64,000 bases of DNA from NCBI GenBank assembly GCA_038214755.1, contig JBBQRQ010000001.1, forward strand, positions 74,710 through 138,709, read 5' to 3'. Positions 20,035 to 30,113 of the stretch are shown piece after piece. Numbering within the stretch: position 1 is the first letter of the stretch; each line of letters starts with the position of its first letter. This DNA is from Verrucomicrobiota bacterium (GTDB lineage Bacteria > Verrucomicrobiota > Verrucomicrobiia > Limisphaerales > CANJXF01). The translations under genes were made by a program, and so were the position numbers. The notes below the pieces were generated by a model. The model did not search any database, was not told the origin of the DNA, and saw only the letters and a program-made list of their open reading frames with translations.

Positions 20035-20520
20035 AAACAAACTTTTCTGTCCCGCTCAACTTCTTGATTTCCCTTGCCAAAAGATCAGCCTGCATTTCCA
20101 ACGCCGCATTTTCCAGTTCAAGCTGCTTTGTCCATTCATCCAGCACGCCGGGTTTCTCGTAACTATGGTAGCAGCCGACGTGAGGAGGCTCACTTCAAAC
20201 TCGGAACAAGTCAGAGCCTCCTTACGTCGGCTGCTACCTGGAAAGGAATTCCGCGACCACGGCAATTTCCCGTTGCAACGTTTCATGCAGACGTTTCAAT
20301 TGCGCGAGTTCCTCCACGTCCTTGAAATCCAGTTTCGCCCAGCCTTGACGCAGGATGAAGGCTTGCGGGTCATCCGCGATTTCGCGCAGCGTCTCGATGG
20401 CGGCGGTCAGCTTGTGATACGTCTCCAGCTTGTCCGGCTCGTGCGCGAAACGGTCGGGATGATACAGCTTCACCCGCTTCCGCCACAGCCGCGCCAGTTC
20501 CGCTTCCTCCTCGGCGGCCC
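20035..20520 (-). pseudogene. J-domain (DnaJ-like) gene remnant, copy 1
   Basis: LWRKRVKLYHPDRFAHEPDKLETYHKLTAAI; 5' part absent; interrupted by a family-B pair at 20167-20238. Confidence 0.75.
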
Positions 20521-20640
20521 GACGAGTCGGAAGTGCTCCCGACAAAGTTGGAACTATTTCACGGGGCTGGCGGCTGCACTGACGTATTCCACAGAGCGAG
20601 CGCAATGTTCAAATCCTGAATGTTCAAATCCTGAAACCAA

Positions 20641-21243
20641 TTAAAAGCCATCGGTCTTGCGGAGCGTTTCGTTGGAGAAAAGAGTGTCGAGCGCCAAAGT
20701 GAATTCTGGCAACGCCGCGCTGGTGAGCGTCCCGCCCGACCCGTGGATGGCATATTCGATAAATTGGCCATCCTTTGGTTGCCGATAAACTTCAATTTGC
20801 TTTTCCGGTCCGAGGACTAACCAGCACTCCTTTACCCCGGCGATGGCGTAAGCGCGCAACTTCGAGCGATCGTAATCGTGGCTGGTCACACAGACCTCGA
20901 CTACCAACTCCGCGGTGCCGGGATGACCAGTGAGGAAATCCTTCGCTTCTCCACAAACCACAGAAATATCCGGCTCCGGTTCCGAATCTTGGCAAACAAT
21001 CGGTTGCTCGGAACGAACTAGATGGTTTATGCGCTTCACCGACTGCAACAGTTCGATCAAGCTAAACACCAAAAAACTATGTAGAGGTGTTTTTGGCAGT
21101 TTTTTGTAAACGAACCCGTAAAGAAGCTCGGTATTTTTCGGAATCAATCCCGCCTCGCCCAACACGTGATACGCCGCCACCGAAAGTGGCCAGAGTTGTG
21201 CGCCACGTAAGGGCGTCGTTGGAGTCTCAACCGCAGTTGTCAT
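20641..21243 (-). CDS. Uma2-family (PD-(D/E)XK) putative endonuclease
   Basis: SEPEPDISVV, LVVEVC...DRSKLRAYA.AGVKECWLV. Confidence 0.85.
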   Translation of the reverse strand: MTTAVETPTTPLRGAQLWPLSVAAYHVLGEAGLIPKNTELLYGFVYKKLPKTPLHSFLVFSLIELLQSVKRINHLVRSEQPIVCQDSEPEPDISVVCGEAKDFLTGHPGTAELVVEVCVTSHDYDRSKLRAYAIAGVKECWLVLGPEKQIEVYRQPKDGQFIEYAIHGSGGTLTSAALPEFTLALDTLFSNETLRKTDGF

Positions 21244-21422
21244 GGAGCAAATTATACTTGGCGCAAGATTGTCTGCAAGATGGAATCCCAGACGACAGAG
21301 GACTAAAAACGGCAAGAAAATTAGGGACAGATGAGGCAGAGCGTTCACACTTACCGCACCGATTGGCGGCGGGGCGGTGAGGAAATTGAATTGGAGAACT
21401 AAAAAACCTGACTTTGTGTTTA

Positions 21423-21592
21423 ACGCTCGCCCTCACCTAAATCCTCTCCCCCCGAGGAGAGGACTTCACCTGTCACGTTTTTTGATTTGCTAAAAAACCA
21501 TCCTGCAAATCCAGTCGCACGTTTTTTCAAGCGAGGCGGCAAATGATTCTTCCTCTCCTCGGAGGAGAGGGCCGGGGTGAGGACGAGCGTTT
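21423..21592. repeat. Family H inverted pair
   Basis: ACGCTCGCCCTCACCTAAATCCTCTCC ... GGAGAGGGCCGGGGTGAGGACGAGCGT. Confidence 0.75.
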
Positions 21593-22115
21593 AAACAAAT
21601 TTTCCTGTGCCGCCCAATTTTCTGATTTCCTTTGCCAGAAGGTCAGCCTGGTTTTCCAACGCCCTGTTTTCTAATTCAAGTTGCTTCTTCCGCTCTGCTG
21701 CCAGTTCAGTTTCAACGATTCTGTGACCACGGCAATTTCCCGTAGCAACGTTTCATGCAGCCGCTTCAATTGCGCGAGTTCTTTCATGTCTTTGAAATCC
21801 AGCTTCGCCCAGCCTTGACGCAGGATGAAGCCGTGCGGGTCTTCCGCGATTTCGCGCAACGTCTCGATGTCGCCGTTGTCCTTCGCGTGATTGATGGCGG
21901 CGGTCAGCTTCTGATACGTCTCCAGCTTGTTCGGTTCGTTGGCGAAGCGGTCACGATGATACAACTTCACCAACTTTTTCCAGAGTTGCGTCAACTCGGC
22001 TTCCTGCTCGGCGGTCAGTTGCTTCTTTTTGTTCGCCGCCGCCGCCAGTTCTTCGTAATCCCTGTCCGTTTGCGTTTTAGCCTGCTCGAAATTCTGCTCC
22101 GCCTGTTTCTCTCCT
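21592..22115 (-). pseudogene. J-domain (DnaJ-like) gene remnant, copy 2
   Basis: LWKKLVKLYHRDRFANEPNKLETYQKLTAAINHAKD; alignable to 20035-20520; internal deletion/frameshift, 5' end absent. Confidence 0.75.
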
Positions 22116-22180
22116 TAAAGGTTAAGCCTGCGTCGGACCAATTGATTGCTCTCAAAAGCAGATTCTGACCAGAGTTCAAT

Positions 22181-23110
22181 ATGCCGGATCCAAAAAAGCC
22201 TAAAGAAAAAGCTCCACCGAAATTTTACAGCATCGGCGAATGGTTCGGTGCCGACATTACTTCGCTGAGTCCCGAAGATCGGCGGTTGAATGCGGCGCTT
22301 GCTATTTCGAAAAAGGTGAAGCAACGGCCTTGTCCGTTTCGTCCGGGCCGTCAATGCAACAAGGCAGGAGGCGTCTGTTCTGTGCGGCAGTATCAGCGCG
22401 GCAATGCAGAAGAACCGATTAAACTGGGTGAGGTCGTGACGACTTGCCCAGCGCGCTTCTTTGACGCGAACGAGATTTTTCGATGGGTTGCAGAAGTTAT
22501 GCTCGGAACACAAATGCCACGTGTGATTGGCGAGATTCCTTTTCTGCAAAAGATCAGAATAGAAATTCCCGAAGAAGGAGACGAAGAACCGGGTGGCGGA
22601 GATTTCATCGGGCGCATTGACAATATTCTTGTGCATCCTGATTCATCTGCCGGGCTGAACTGGTGCGCACTGGAAATGCAAGCAGTCTATTTCTCAGGAG
22701 CATCAATGGCGTGGGAGTATAAGGACATTGAAGAAAACCCCGAACAGTTGCGGTTCCCAATTCGCAAACGCCATCCCGATTTTCGTAGCAGCGGCCCTAA
22801 ACGCTTGCTGCCTCAGCTTCAAACGAAAGTCCCCGAGCTAACCACGTGGGGAAAGAAAATGGCTATCTGTGTCGATGAATCGTTCTTTGGCGAGTTAGTC
22901 GGCATTGAGGAGTTGAACCATTTGAGCAACGCGCACCTCGCTTGGTTCGTTGTGCGTTACGAATTGGAAGAAGGCCGTTATCGGCTGCGGCCTAAACGGG
23001 TTGTTTTTTCAAAGCTGGACAGCACGGTGAAGGCGCTTACAGGTGGAACGCCATTACCAAAAGAAGTTTTTGAGCAACAGATACGGGCCAAGCTAGGCTC
23101 AAGCTTCTGA
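22181..23110 (+). CDS. NotI-family restriction endonuclease
   Basis: CPF...CNKAGGVCSV...TTCPARF Cys4 motif; GRIDNIL, ALEMQAVYFSG, PDFRSSGPKRLLPQL. Confidence 0.8.
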   Translation: MPDPKKPKEKAPPKFYSIGEWFGADITSLSPEDRRLNAALAISKKVKQRPCPFRPGRQCNKAGGVCSVRQYQRGNAEEPIKLGEVVTTCPARFFDANEIFRWVAEVMLGTQMPRVIGEIPFLQKIRIEIPEEGDEEPGGGDFIGRIDNILVHPDSSAGLNWCALEMQAVYFSGASMAWEYKDIEENPEQLRFPIRKRHPDFRSSGPKRLLPQLQTKVPELTTWGKKMAICVDESFFGELVGIEELNHLSNAHLAWFVVRYELEEGRYRLRPKRVVFSKLDSTVKALTGGTPLPKEVFEQQIRAKLGSSF

Positions 23111-24142
23111 AATATGATCGACCCAGCCCAGATCACGGCCGATTAGTAGCTCAGTCTTCTTCTCGTGATGAGTGTTTTTCATGGCAATGGGGCGCGATGA
23201 AAAACCGAAGCGACGGGCGAGTGCTCTAACTTCTTCGGTGTTGTCGTAGCTCATTAAAAAATCACCGCGCACACGCTGCATTTGTGCGAAGAGCGCCTCA
23301 TGGTCAACTTGCCAGCAGGTATAAAGGCGCTTTGCCGCGACGGTATAGGGCGGATCGACATAGAAAACTGTTTCCTCATCTTCTGCATGTTCGGCGATTA
23401 ATGCCAAGCCATCCCCTTGAATGAAGACCAACCGATCCTTTCGGGCGTTGATCTCCAAAATTCGTCGCGACAAAGTTTCGGGATACCACCGCGAGGCTAT
23501 ACCGCGATTTCCTTCGCCGGTTTTCACTAGGCCTGCGCCCGGGGCCATAATTCCGCCTCGCTGCACCCGGTTACGAACCAAAGTCTGAAACGCAAGTTCT
23601 GGAACAGTAGCCGCCGCGCGTTTCAACTCTGCTCGCACGTGGTCTTCCGTAAGGTCGAAACTCTTAATTTTTTTCGCCAGCCATTCTGCGCGTCCATTCA
23701 ATACAATACGCCACACTGCTGCCACAGCACCGTCCATTTCTGAAAAGACAGATTGTCCCGCGAGATTTTCAAACGCCGCGGTGAGACTCACGATAGCTCC
23801 GCCTGCAAATGGCTCCACAAGACGAGCGGGACGTTGCGGACGGGATTGTAACCAACTCCGCACGTAGGGTACAAACCATGTCTTTCCACCTGGATAGCGA
23901 AATGGACTGCGCTGAGGAATACTAGAAACATTTATTGGGGTATCTATGGAATACTTGACCTCGCGTCTTGGCAGCGTTTCCAACTGAAACGTTTCCTTTA
24001 ACTCAGTCGCGCCGTAATTCTCCCCGCCATCCCAAGTCCGGGCGAGTTTCACCAAGCGATCTGCAAAACGGCGAGGCACCCGGATTACCGTCGTGTCTCC
24101 TGCTTTCCACTTCTTGCGGTAGCTAGTGGAGGAAGTTGCCAT
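23099..24142 (-). CDS. Dam/D12-family DNA adenine methyltransferase with N-terminal extension
   Basis: SPFRYPGGKTW, EPFAGGA, YVDPPY; convergent with and overlapping the REase. Confidence 0.9.
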   Translation of the reverse strand: MATSSTSYRKKWKAGDTTVIRVPRRFADRLVKLARTWDGGENYGATELKETFQLETLPRREVKYSIDTPINVSSIPQRSPFRYPGGKTWFVPYVRSWLQSRPQRPARLVEPFAGGAIVSLTAAFENLAGQSVFSEMDGAVAAVWRIVLNGRAEWLAKKIKSFDLTEDHVRAELKRAAATVPELAFQTLVRNRVQRGGIMAPGAGLVKTGEGNRGIASRWYPETLSRRILEINARKDRLVFIQGDGLALIAEHAEDEETVFYVDPPYTVAAKRLYTCWQVDHEALFAQMQRVRGDFLMSYDNTEEVRALARRFGFSSRPIAMKNTHHEKKTELLIGRDLGWVDHISEA

Positions 24143-24371
24143 CTTGTTATTGAACGATGTTTTCCACGCCAAGCAAGATTTTGTTACAAGGGCTCGCTTT
24201 TTATAACAAAATACTCGAATAGCGTTGGGAGGATTTGACCCGGCGGCGGAACGGCATTGTGTGAACAGTGACGAAACTGCTCTAGCGCGCAAATTTCGTT
24301 TCGATTTGATGCCGCGAACTCATTTCAAATTCACTTACGCGACAGAGGAGAGGAGTTGGCCAGTAATCAAT

Positions 24372-24430
24372 TCAAAGCTGCCGTTGATGTTCCCGCTTCC
24401 CGTGCAAAATACGAAAGACAATGACGCGTG
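24372..24430 (-). pseudogene. Possible ParE/RelE toxin C-terminal remnant
   Basis: RVIVFRILHGKREHQRQL* resembles the ParE C-terminal IxRILHGxR motif. Confidence 0.35.
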
Positions 24431-24445
24431 CGCAAGCACGTGGCG

Positions 24446-24706
24446 CTACACCGCGACCACTTCCACGCGCGGAGAAAAACCGAGTTGATGAAGGAGCGCC
24501 TCGCAATCGTCCCAGGCAAGGCCGAAGGCGCGAACATCCGCCACACCGAGGCGGGCGATGACGGATGAAATCGTCTGGGCATCGCATTCGGCAAACTCGC
24601 CGTCCATCAAGGAGCGTTCCTCCCAATCCACCAACTGCGCCACTGTGATCTCGTGATGAAGATATGCGGCGATTTTGTCGGCAACGGTTTGTTTCGTGAT
24701 CGTCAT
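24446..24706 (-). CDS. Conserved-looking small hypothetical protein, copy 1
   Basis: 86 aa; near-identical second copy at 26356-26625. Confidence 0.7.
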   Translation of the reverse strand: MTITKQTVADKIAAYLHHEITVAQLVDWEERSLMDGEFAECDAQTISSVIARLGVADVRAFGLAWDDCEALLHQLGFSPRVEVVAV

Positions 24707-24850
24707 GGCTGCATCCTACATTTTTTGATGACCTTTATCCATCTTCCATTCTGCGCGGCTCAAACTGGTGAATTCAGCAATCGAACCAATGTTGTTTTGT
24801 CTCAGTTTTACCCGCTTGCTTTGACGCGAATTTTCGGCCAACAGTGAGGC

Positions 24851-25174
24851 ATGGTTGACCGCGCGCAAATTCGGAAGTTCAGCAAGGCCGTGGCGCAGAA
24901 GTTTCGTCCGCGCAAAATTATTCTCTTCGGCTCCTACGCCTATGGCAAGCCGACGGAGGATTCGGACGTGGATTTACTGGTCATCATGCCCCGCACGCGT
25001 GGGCGCGGGGAGCAGATGTCGGTGCGCATCCGGCAGGCCGTGCCCCGGGATTTTCCGCTGGATTTGCTGGTGCGAACACCTGCGGAAGTAAGCAAGCGTC
25101 TGCGCTGGGGTGATTTTTTCCTGCGGGAAGTCATGGAGAAAGGCGAGTTGCTCTATGAAGCCGATCACGCGTGA
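24851..25174 (+). CDS. Minimal nucleotidyltransferase (MNT) antitoxin
   Basis: ILFGSYAYGKPTEDSDVDLLV (GSx10DxD). Confidence 0.85.
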   Translation: MVDRAQIRKFSKAVAQKFRPRKIILFGSYAYGKPTEDSDVDLLVIMPRTRGRGEQMSVRIRQAVPRDFPLDLLVRTPAEVSKRLRWGDFFLREVMEKGELLYEADHA

Positions 25175-25541
25175 GTGGGCGAAGAAGGCGGAGGACGACT
25201 TCAAAGTCGCCAGCCAGATTCTTCGCCGTCGCAAGGACATTGTGCCCGATGCGGCCTGTTTTTTCTCTGAGCAATGCGTGGAAAAATATCTCAAGGCGCG
25301 GCTGATCGAGGCGGGCATCGTTTTTCCACGGACGCATGACTTGCTACAACTTCTGAATCTTTGTCTCCCGGTTGAACCGCTCTGGTCGGCATACGCGAAA
25401 ACGGTAGATGCAATGTCGGCCTACGCCGTGGATTTTCGGTATCCCGGTCATTCTGCGACTTTGGCGGAAGCCCGCCGGTGTTTGAAAAACTGCAAGGCGA
25501 TGCGCCGGGAAATCCGCCTGAGTCTCGGTTTGCCGATGTGA
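25155..25541 (+). CDS. HEPN-domain protein
   Basis: W..KAEDD, CFFSEQCVEKYLKA, FPRTHDL, FRYPG. Confidence 0.85.
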   Translation: MKPITREWAKKAEDDFKVASQILRRRKDIVPDAACFFSEQCVEKYLKARLIEAGIVFPRTHDLLQLLNLCLPVEPLWSAYAKTVDAMSAYAVDFRYPGHSATLAEARRCLKNCKAMRREIRLSLGLPM

Positions 25542-25670
25542 TGAAGGCGAGATCGGAGAGGATTCTTTGCGTTATTTCCGAATTGCTCGGATGCCCACGC
25601 GATAGAAAATTTTGTAAGGAAAACGGCGCGCGAGCAAGCGGCTCTGATTTTCAAAAACCGTTCAGCCGTG

Positions 25671-26066
25671 TCAACACTCAATCACGGTCAATCCTGTGAC
25701 TCTGGAAAAATGTCCGTCACGCGCGAGAATTGGCAGTCCGGTTTCGATAGCCAGTGTTGCAATCCAAATTTCGTTGACTGGAATCATCGTTCCGCTCTGC
25801 TCCAATTCGCAGTAGATGCGGGCATAAAGCGCGGGCGTATTGTCGGACACGCGAAAAATGCGCTGGTCGCGCAGGACTTCCACAACTCGCGACGCAGCGG
25901 CAACCGGGTTGTTCGCTTTCAGGATGCCGACGCTCAATTCAGCGAGTGTGACAAAGCTGATTGCAAAAGATTTGCCTCTGATTTTTTCCTCAACTGGAGC
26001 ATCGCGCCGGAGCAAGCGAATGATGGCGCTGGTATCGGCGATGAAGTCAAGGCGCCGACCGTTCAT
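25671..26066 (-). CDS. vapC: PIN-domain (VapC-like) toxin
   Basis: IADTSAII, TLAELSVG, GTMIPVNEIWIA, ARDGHF. Confidence 0.8.
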   Translation of the reverse strand: MNGRRLDFIADTSAIIRLLRRDAPVEEKIRGKSFAISFVTLAELSVGILKANNPVAAASRVVEVLRDQRIFRVSDNTPALYARIYCELEQSGTMIPVNEIWIATLAIETGLPILARDGHFSRVTGLTVIEC

Positions 26067-26257
26067 GGAACTTGTTCAAAGGCCTCTGCGATGTCGTTCT
26101 CGAATTTGTCCCAATCTGCGGAGGTCATTTCCTTTTCGGCATCGCGCGAGGCGGGACGTGGAGTTTTGGAGTGAATGACAAATTCATTCGAGGCTCCATT
26201 GACCGGAGTAAACTCGAACGCTTCATTGAAATCTTTCACAAACGTTGCCGAACTCAT
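26063..26257 (-). CDS. Putative antitoxin (possibly degenerate)
   Basis: Acidic C-terminus DWDKFENDIAEAFEQVP; ATGA overlap with the PIN gene. Confidence 0.5.
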   Translation of the reverse strand: MSSATFVKDFNEAFEFTPVNGASNEFVIHSKTPRPASRDAEKEMTSADWDKFENDIAEAFEQVP

Positions 26258-26355
26258 GCCAAAAGGTTAATTGGCTGGAGAAATCTGGGCAAGCCCTCTT
26301 GCATCCACGATTTTAGAACAACAAATGTTTGCGTGTATGCGCAAGATCGTGGCGA

Positions 26356-26625
26356 TTACACCGCGACCGCTTCCACGCGCGGAGAAAAACCGAGTTGATG
26401 AAGGAGCGCCTCGCAATCGTCCCAGGCAATGCCGAAGGCGCGAACATCCGCGACACCGAGGCGGGCGATGACGGATGAAATCGTCTGGGCATCGCATTCG
26501 GCAAGCTCGCCGTCCATCAAGGCGCGTTCCGCCCAATCCACCAATTGCGCCGGAGTAATCTCGTGATGAAGATACGCGGCGATTTTGTCGGCGACGGTTT
26601 GTTTCTCGTGAATTTCAGCCTTCAC
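26356..26625 (-). CDS. Small hypothetical protein, copy 2 (start uncertain)
   Basis: KQTVADKIAAYLHHEIT...LGFSPRVEAVAV matches 24446-24706; N-terminal residues differ. Confidence 0.6.
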   Translation of the reverse strand: MKAEIHEKQTVADKIAAYLHHEITPAQLVDWAERALMDGELAECDAQTISSVIARLGVADVRAFGIAWDDCEALLHQLGFSPRVEAVAV

Positions 26626-26667
26626 GCGAAGCTTGTTTCATTTGATCGAACACGTAAATTGAGTGGC

Positions 26668-27027
26668 GTGAAATTGCTATTGGAAAACCTGCCGCTCGCC
26701 TTGCAGCCGCAACGGGAGACGCTGGCAAAATGTCTGGAGGCGTTCAATCGCGCGCGGCATGTGCGCGCGGTCTATCTGTTCGGCTCGCACGCGCGCGGGG
26801 AGGCGCGTCCTGACAGTGACGTGGATTTGTGCATCGTGGCCGATGGCGCGGAACGGCAGTTGGCGGCGGCAACGGATTTCCGACATGAGCTTTGGGGTAT
26901 CTGGCCTCGCCCGGCTTTGACGTTGGTGCCGATTGCGCCGGCGCGATTGGAAGAGAAAAAAGCCTGCGGCGATCACTTCTTTCAAACTGTGCTAAAGGAG
27001 GGCGTGCTGCTTGCCACGGAAAACTGA
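26668..27027 (+). CDS. Minimal nucleotidyltransferase (MNT) antitoxin
   Basis: YLFGSHARGEARPDSDVDL; GTG start at 26668. Confidence 0.85.
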   Translation: MKLLLENLPLALQPQRETLAKCLEAFNRARHVRAVYLFGSHARGEARPDSDVDLCIVADGAERQLAAATDFRHELWGIWPRPALTLVPIAPARLEEKKACGDHFFQTVLKEGVLLATEN

Positions 27028-27414
27028 TTCCAATAATCTCGGCGACTGGATTTTCTTTGCCGAATCGGATTTGGAAGGCATCCGCGCGCTTGCCGAAATG
27101 GAAGTCAGCCATTCATTATGTCAGAGCAAACTGGCGGAGGTTTTGGAAAAGCTCTGAAGGCAGAATTGCTGCGGCTGGGCTGGTTCTTGGTCAAGACCCA
27201 TGACGTGCAGGATTTGGCGGAGGAATTGCGTGTCCGCCAATCCGATCTCTTTCCGGCGTTCAAGCCACTCTGTGATGCGTTGGCGGAACGTTATTTCACC
27301 GACCGTTATCCTGGCTTCGACTTGGAAGAACCCAAGTGGCAGGAGTTCCGCCAATTGGTACAGCAAATGACAGAAGTGCTGGCCAAAGTGAAAGCGCGTG
27401 TTGCAGCCAAGTGA
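27011..27414 (+). pseudogene. HEPN-domain gene, frameshifted
   Basis: MPRKTDSNNLGDWIFFAESDL...LAEVLEK continues in another frame as ALKAELL...KTHD...DRYPG; 1-nt loss in the A-run at ~27147-27150. Confidence 0.75.
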
Positions 27415-27557
27415 ATTTAAATCGCCGTTCTTCGTATCGGCACTGAGTCAATGCCGCTTAATGGCCTTCCGCTTCTCCGCCTTGCCCGCGCTCGATTCTC
27501 TGATGACAATCCAACCGCAATGAAATTAAAGAAGGCGAGAAGGACGTCGTAGTTCCC

Positions 27558-30113
27558 ATGATAAAAAATCTTTTTTTTCTGGTCTTGTTTTTTTTCCTTC
27601 TCATTGGCCGCGCGCAAATCGGCGATAAGATCGACAAGCCCGGCGAACTTCAAAAACCGCTCGTCCCAAAAGAATTAATTCCGCCAGCGCCCGCCCGTTC
27701 GCCTGCTGATGAAATGAAAACATTTCAGCTCGCTGGCGGCCTGCGCATCGAACTCGTCGCCAGCGAACCTTTGATTGAAGATCCCGTCGCGGCGCAATTC
27801 GATCAGGACGGAAAACTTTGGGTCGTCGAAATGCGCGCCTTTATGAATGACCTCGAGGGAAGTGGCGAAGACTCTCCGATTGGGCGCGTATCTGTTTTAC
27901 GCGACACCAATCACGACGGCAAAATGGACCAGAGCACCGTGTTCCTCGATGGCCTGATCATGCCGCGCGCCGTCATGCCAGTCGCCGGAGGAGTTTTGAT
28001 TGGCGCGCCGCCCAAACTATGGTTTTGCCGCGACACAAACGGCGATGACAAGATCGACGAAAAAATCGAAATCGCTTCCGACTACGGCGTGCAGGTTGAT
28101 CCCAAACGCCCGGAACTCGCCAATCCCGAACGCGCTCCGAACAGTCCGCTGTGGAATTTGGACAACTGGATTTATAGCGCGGCCTACATGACTCGATTTC
28201 GTTACGTCCATGGCGAGTGGAAAAATGGACTGACCATTTTTCGCGGGCAATATGGTTTGAGCCGTGACGATTCCGGTCATCTTTTTTACAATTCCAATAG
28301 CGACCAACTTCGCGGTGATCTCATCCCGTCGCACTACTTGAATCGCAATCCGAATCTTTCTCGCGCCAATGGTGTGAACGTGAAAATTCCTGACAACCAA
28401 CTCGTCTGGCCCGCGCGCGTGAATCCTGGAATCAATCGCGGTTACAAACCCGAATTGTTGCGCGACGGAAAATTGAAAGAATTCACCGCCGCAAATTCTC
28501 CGTTTATTTATCGCGGCGATCTTTTGCCAAAAGAATTTTACGGCAATGCGTTTGTTTGCGAACCCGCCGGGAATCTGGTTCGCCGCAACATCCTGTTTGA
28601 AACCAACGGGTCGCTTGCCGCGGCCAATGCCTACAACCAAAAAGAATTTCTCACATCGACCGACGAACGATTTCGCCCGGTGAGTTTGACGAGCGGCCCC
28701 GATGGCGCGCTTTACATCGTCGATTTTTATCGCGGAGTTTTGGAGCATCGAATTTCTCTTACGACGTATTTGCGCAAACAAAGTGAGGAGCGCGGATTGG
28801 ACAAGCCGCTGCATCTGGGCCGCATTTATCGAGTCGTGCCTGATGGAAAAATAGTTCGTAACAATCCGCCAAAATTTTCCAAAGAAACTCCTGAGCAATG
28901 GGCCACTCACCTCTCGGACGCAAACGGCTGGTCGCGCGATACCGCGCAACGACTGCTGGTCGAACGCGGCGATTTGTCCGTCGTTCCCGCGTTAAAAAAA
29001 ATTGTTGCCATAGGAAAAAATCCGCTGGGAAAAGTCCACGCACTTTGGACTCTGGAAGGATTGAGCCAACTCGATTTGCCCACGATTAAAAATGCTTTGC
29101 GCGACACAAATCCGAACGTCCGCGTCGCTGCCATTCGCGTTTCCGAAACGTTTTTTGACTCTGAAGAAAAACGCGAAATGTTGGAAATGCTTTTTCCGCC
29201 GGCGCAAGATTCTTCGACTGAAGTGCAACTCCAACTCGCTCTAACTCTCGGACAGGCCAAAGATAAATTTGCAGACGTGGTCATGGCGAATCTCGCTCAA
29301 TCATCTCTGACAAATCTGTTTTTGGCCGATGCAATTCTCAGCGGTGCGAGCGGCCGCGAATTGGAATTGCTCGAAAAAATCTCCAACGATTTGAGCAAAG
29401 AAAGAAATTTTGAGCGGGTGTTAAGTGGATTGGCGTCCTGCGTGGTGGTGGAGCGGCGAGGGGAGCGAATCAATCGCTTGTTGGAATTGATCGCCTCGTT
29501 GAAATCAACCGACCATCAGCAACTTTTGCTCGATGGAATTTTTTCCACCAGCGCTGTCACTGCAAAGAAGCCGGTGAAATTGTCCGTCGAGCCGGCGGCG
29601 CTCGTTGCGCTGGAAAAAAATTCGAGTAAGGAAATCCAGTCTCGCGCCAAAAAAATTTCCGCGCTGTTGACCTGGCCGGGAAAGCCCGGCGCGAAACCAG
29701 AGCCAATTATTCCGCCGCTTTCGCCTGAAGAAAAAAAACGATTTGACGATGGCAAAATTTTGTTCGCGGCCAGTTGCGCGGCTTGTCATCAGGTTCACGG
29801 ATTGGGCATGGACGGACTCGCTCCTCCGCTGGTCGATTCAGAATGGGTGCTCGGCGCCGAGGAGCGGCTCGTGCGTATCGTGCTCAATGGTTTGACCGGG
29901 CCGCTTCGCGTGAAGGGACAAAGCTGGCATCTCGACATGCCCGCGCTGGGAATATTTGATGACGAACAGATCGCGGCAGTTTTGACCTACATTCGTCGCG
30001 ACTGGGAAAATGGCGCCGCGCCCGTTCGTCCGGATAGAGTGAAGAAAATTCGCGCTGAAAATGTCGCACGTCAGGAGGCCTGGAGCGCGCCGGAGTTGTT
30101 GCGAATACCATAG
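27558..30113 (+). CDS. PVC-type membrane-bound dehydrogenase-like / c-type heme protein
   Basis: ELVASEP, FRPV..GPDGALYIVD, HEAT-like repeats, CAACH heme motif, PPLVDSEWV. Confidence 0.85.
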   Translation: MIKNLFFLVLFFFLLIGRAQIGDKIDKPGELQKPLVPKELIPPAPARSPADEMKTFQLAGGLRIELVASEPLIEDPVAAQFDQDGKLWVVEMRAFMNDLEGSGEDSPIGRVSVLRDTNHDGKMDQSTVFLDGLIMPRAVMPVAGGVLIGAPPKLWFCRDTNGDDKIDEKIEIASDYGVQVDPKRPELANPERAPNSPLWNLDNWIYSAAYMTRFRYVHGEWKNGLTIFRGQYGLSRDDSGHLFYNSNSDQLRGDLIPSHYLNRNPNLSRANGVNVKIPDNQLVWPARVNPGINRGYKPELLRDGKLKEFTAANSPFIYRGDLLPKEFYGNAFVCEPAGNLVRRNILFETNGSLAAANAYNQKEFLTSTDERFRPVSLTSGPDGALYIVDFYRGVLEHRISLTTYLRKQSEERGLDKPLHLGRIYRVVPDGKIVRNNPPKFSKETPEQWATHLSDANGWSRDTAQRLLVERGDLSVVPALKKIVAIGKNPLGKVHALWTLEGLSQLDLPTIKNALRDTNPNVRVAAIRVSETFFDSEEKREMLEMLFPPAQDSSTEVQLQLALTLGQAKDKFADVVMANLAQSSLTNLFLADAILSGASGRELELLEKISNDLSKERNFERVLSGLASCVVVERRGERINRLLELIASLKSTDHQQLLLDGIFSTSAVTAKKPVKLSVEPAALVALEKNSSKEIQSRAKKISALLTWPGKPGAKPEPIIPPLSPEEKKRFDDGKILFAASCAACHQVHGLGMDGLAPPLVDSEWVLGAEERLVRIVLNGLTGPLRVKGQSWHLDMPALGIFDDEQIAAVLTYIRRDWENGAAPVRPDRVKKIRAENVARQEAWSAPELLRIP

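Noticed and set aside
20604..20634. 15-bp direct repeat AATGTTCAAATCCTG x2
   Set aside because: An isolated slippage-type duplication with no further copies noticed.
17649..24706. PLD protein and the 86-aa protein both start MTITKQ
   Set aside because: The codons differ and similarity ends after six residues; treated as coincidence.
16476..27414. Prophage, integron or IS-bounded island
   Set aside because: No integrase, transposase, phage structural gene, tRNA target or convincing attC site was seen.
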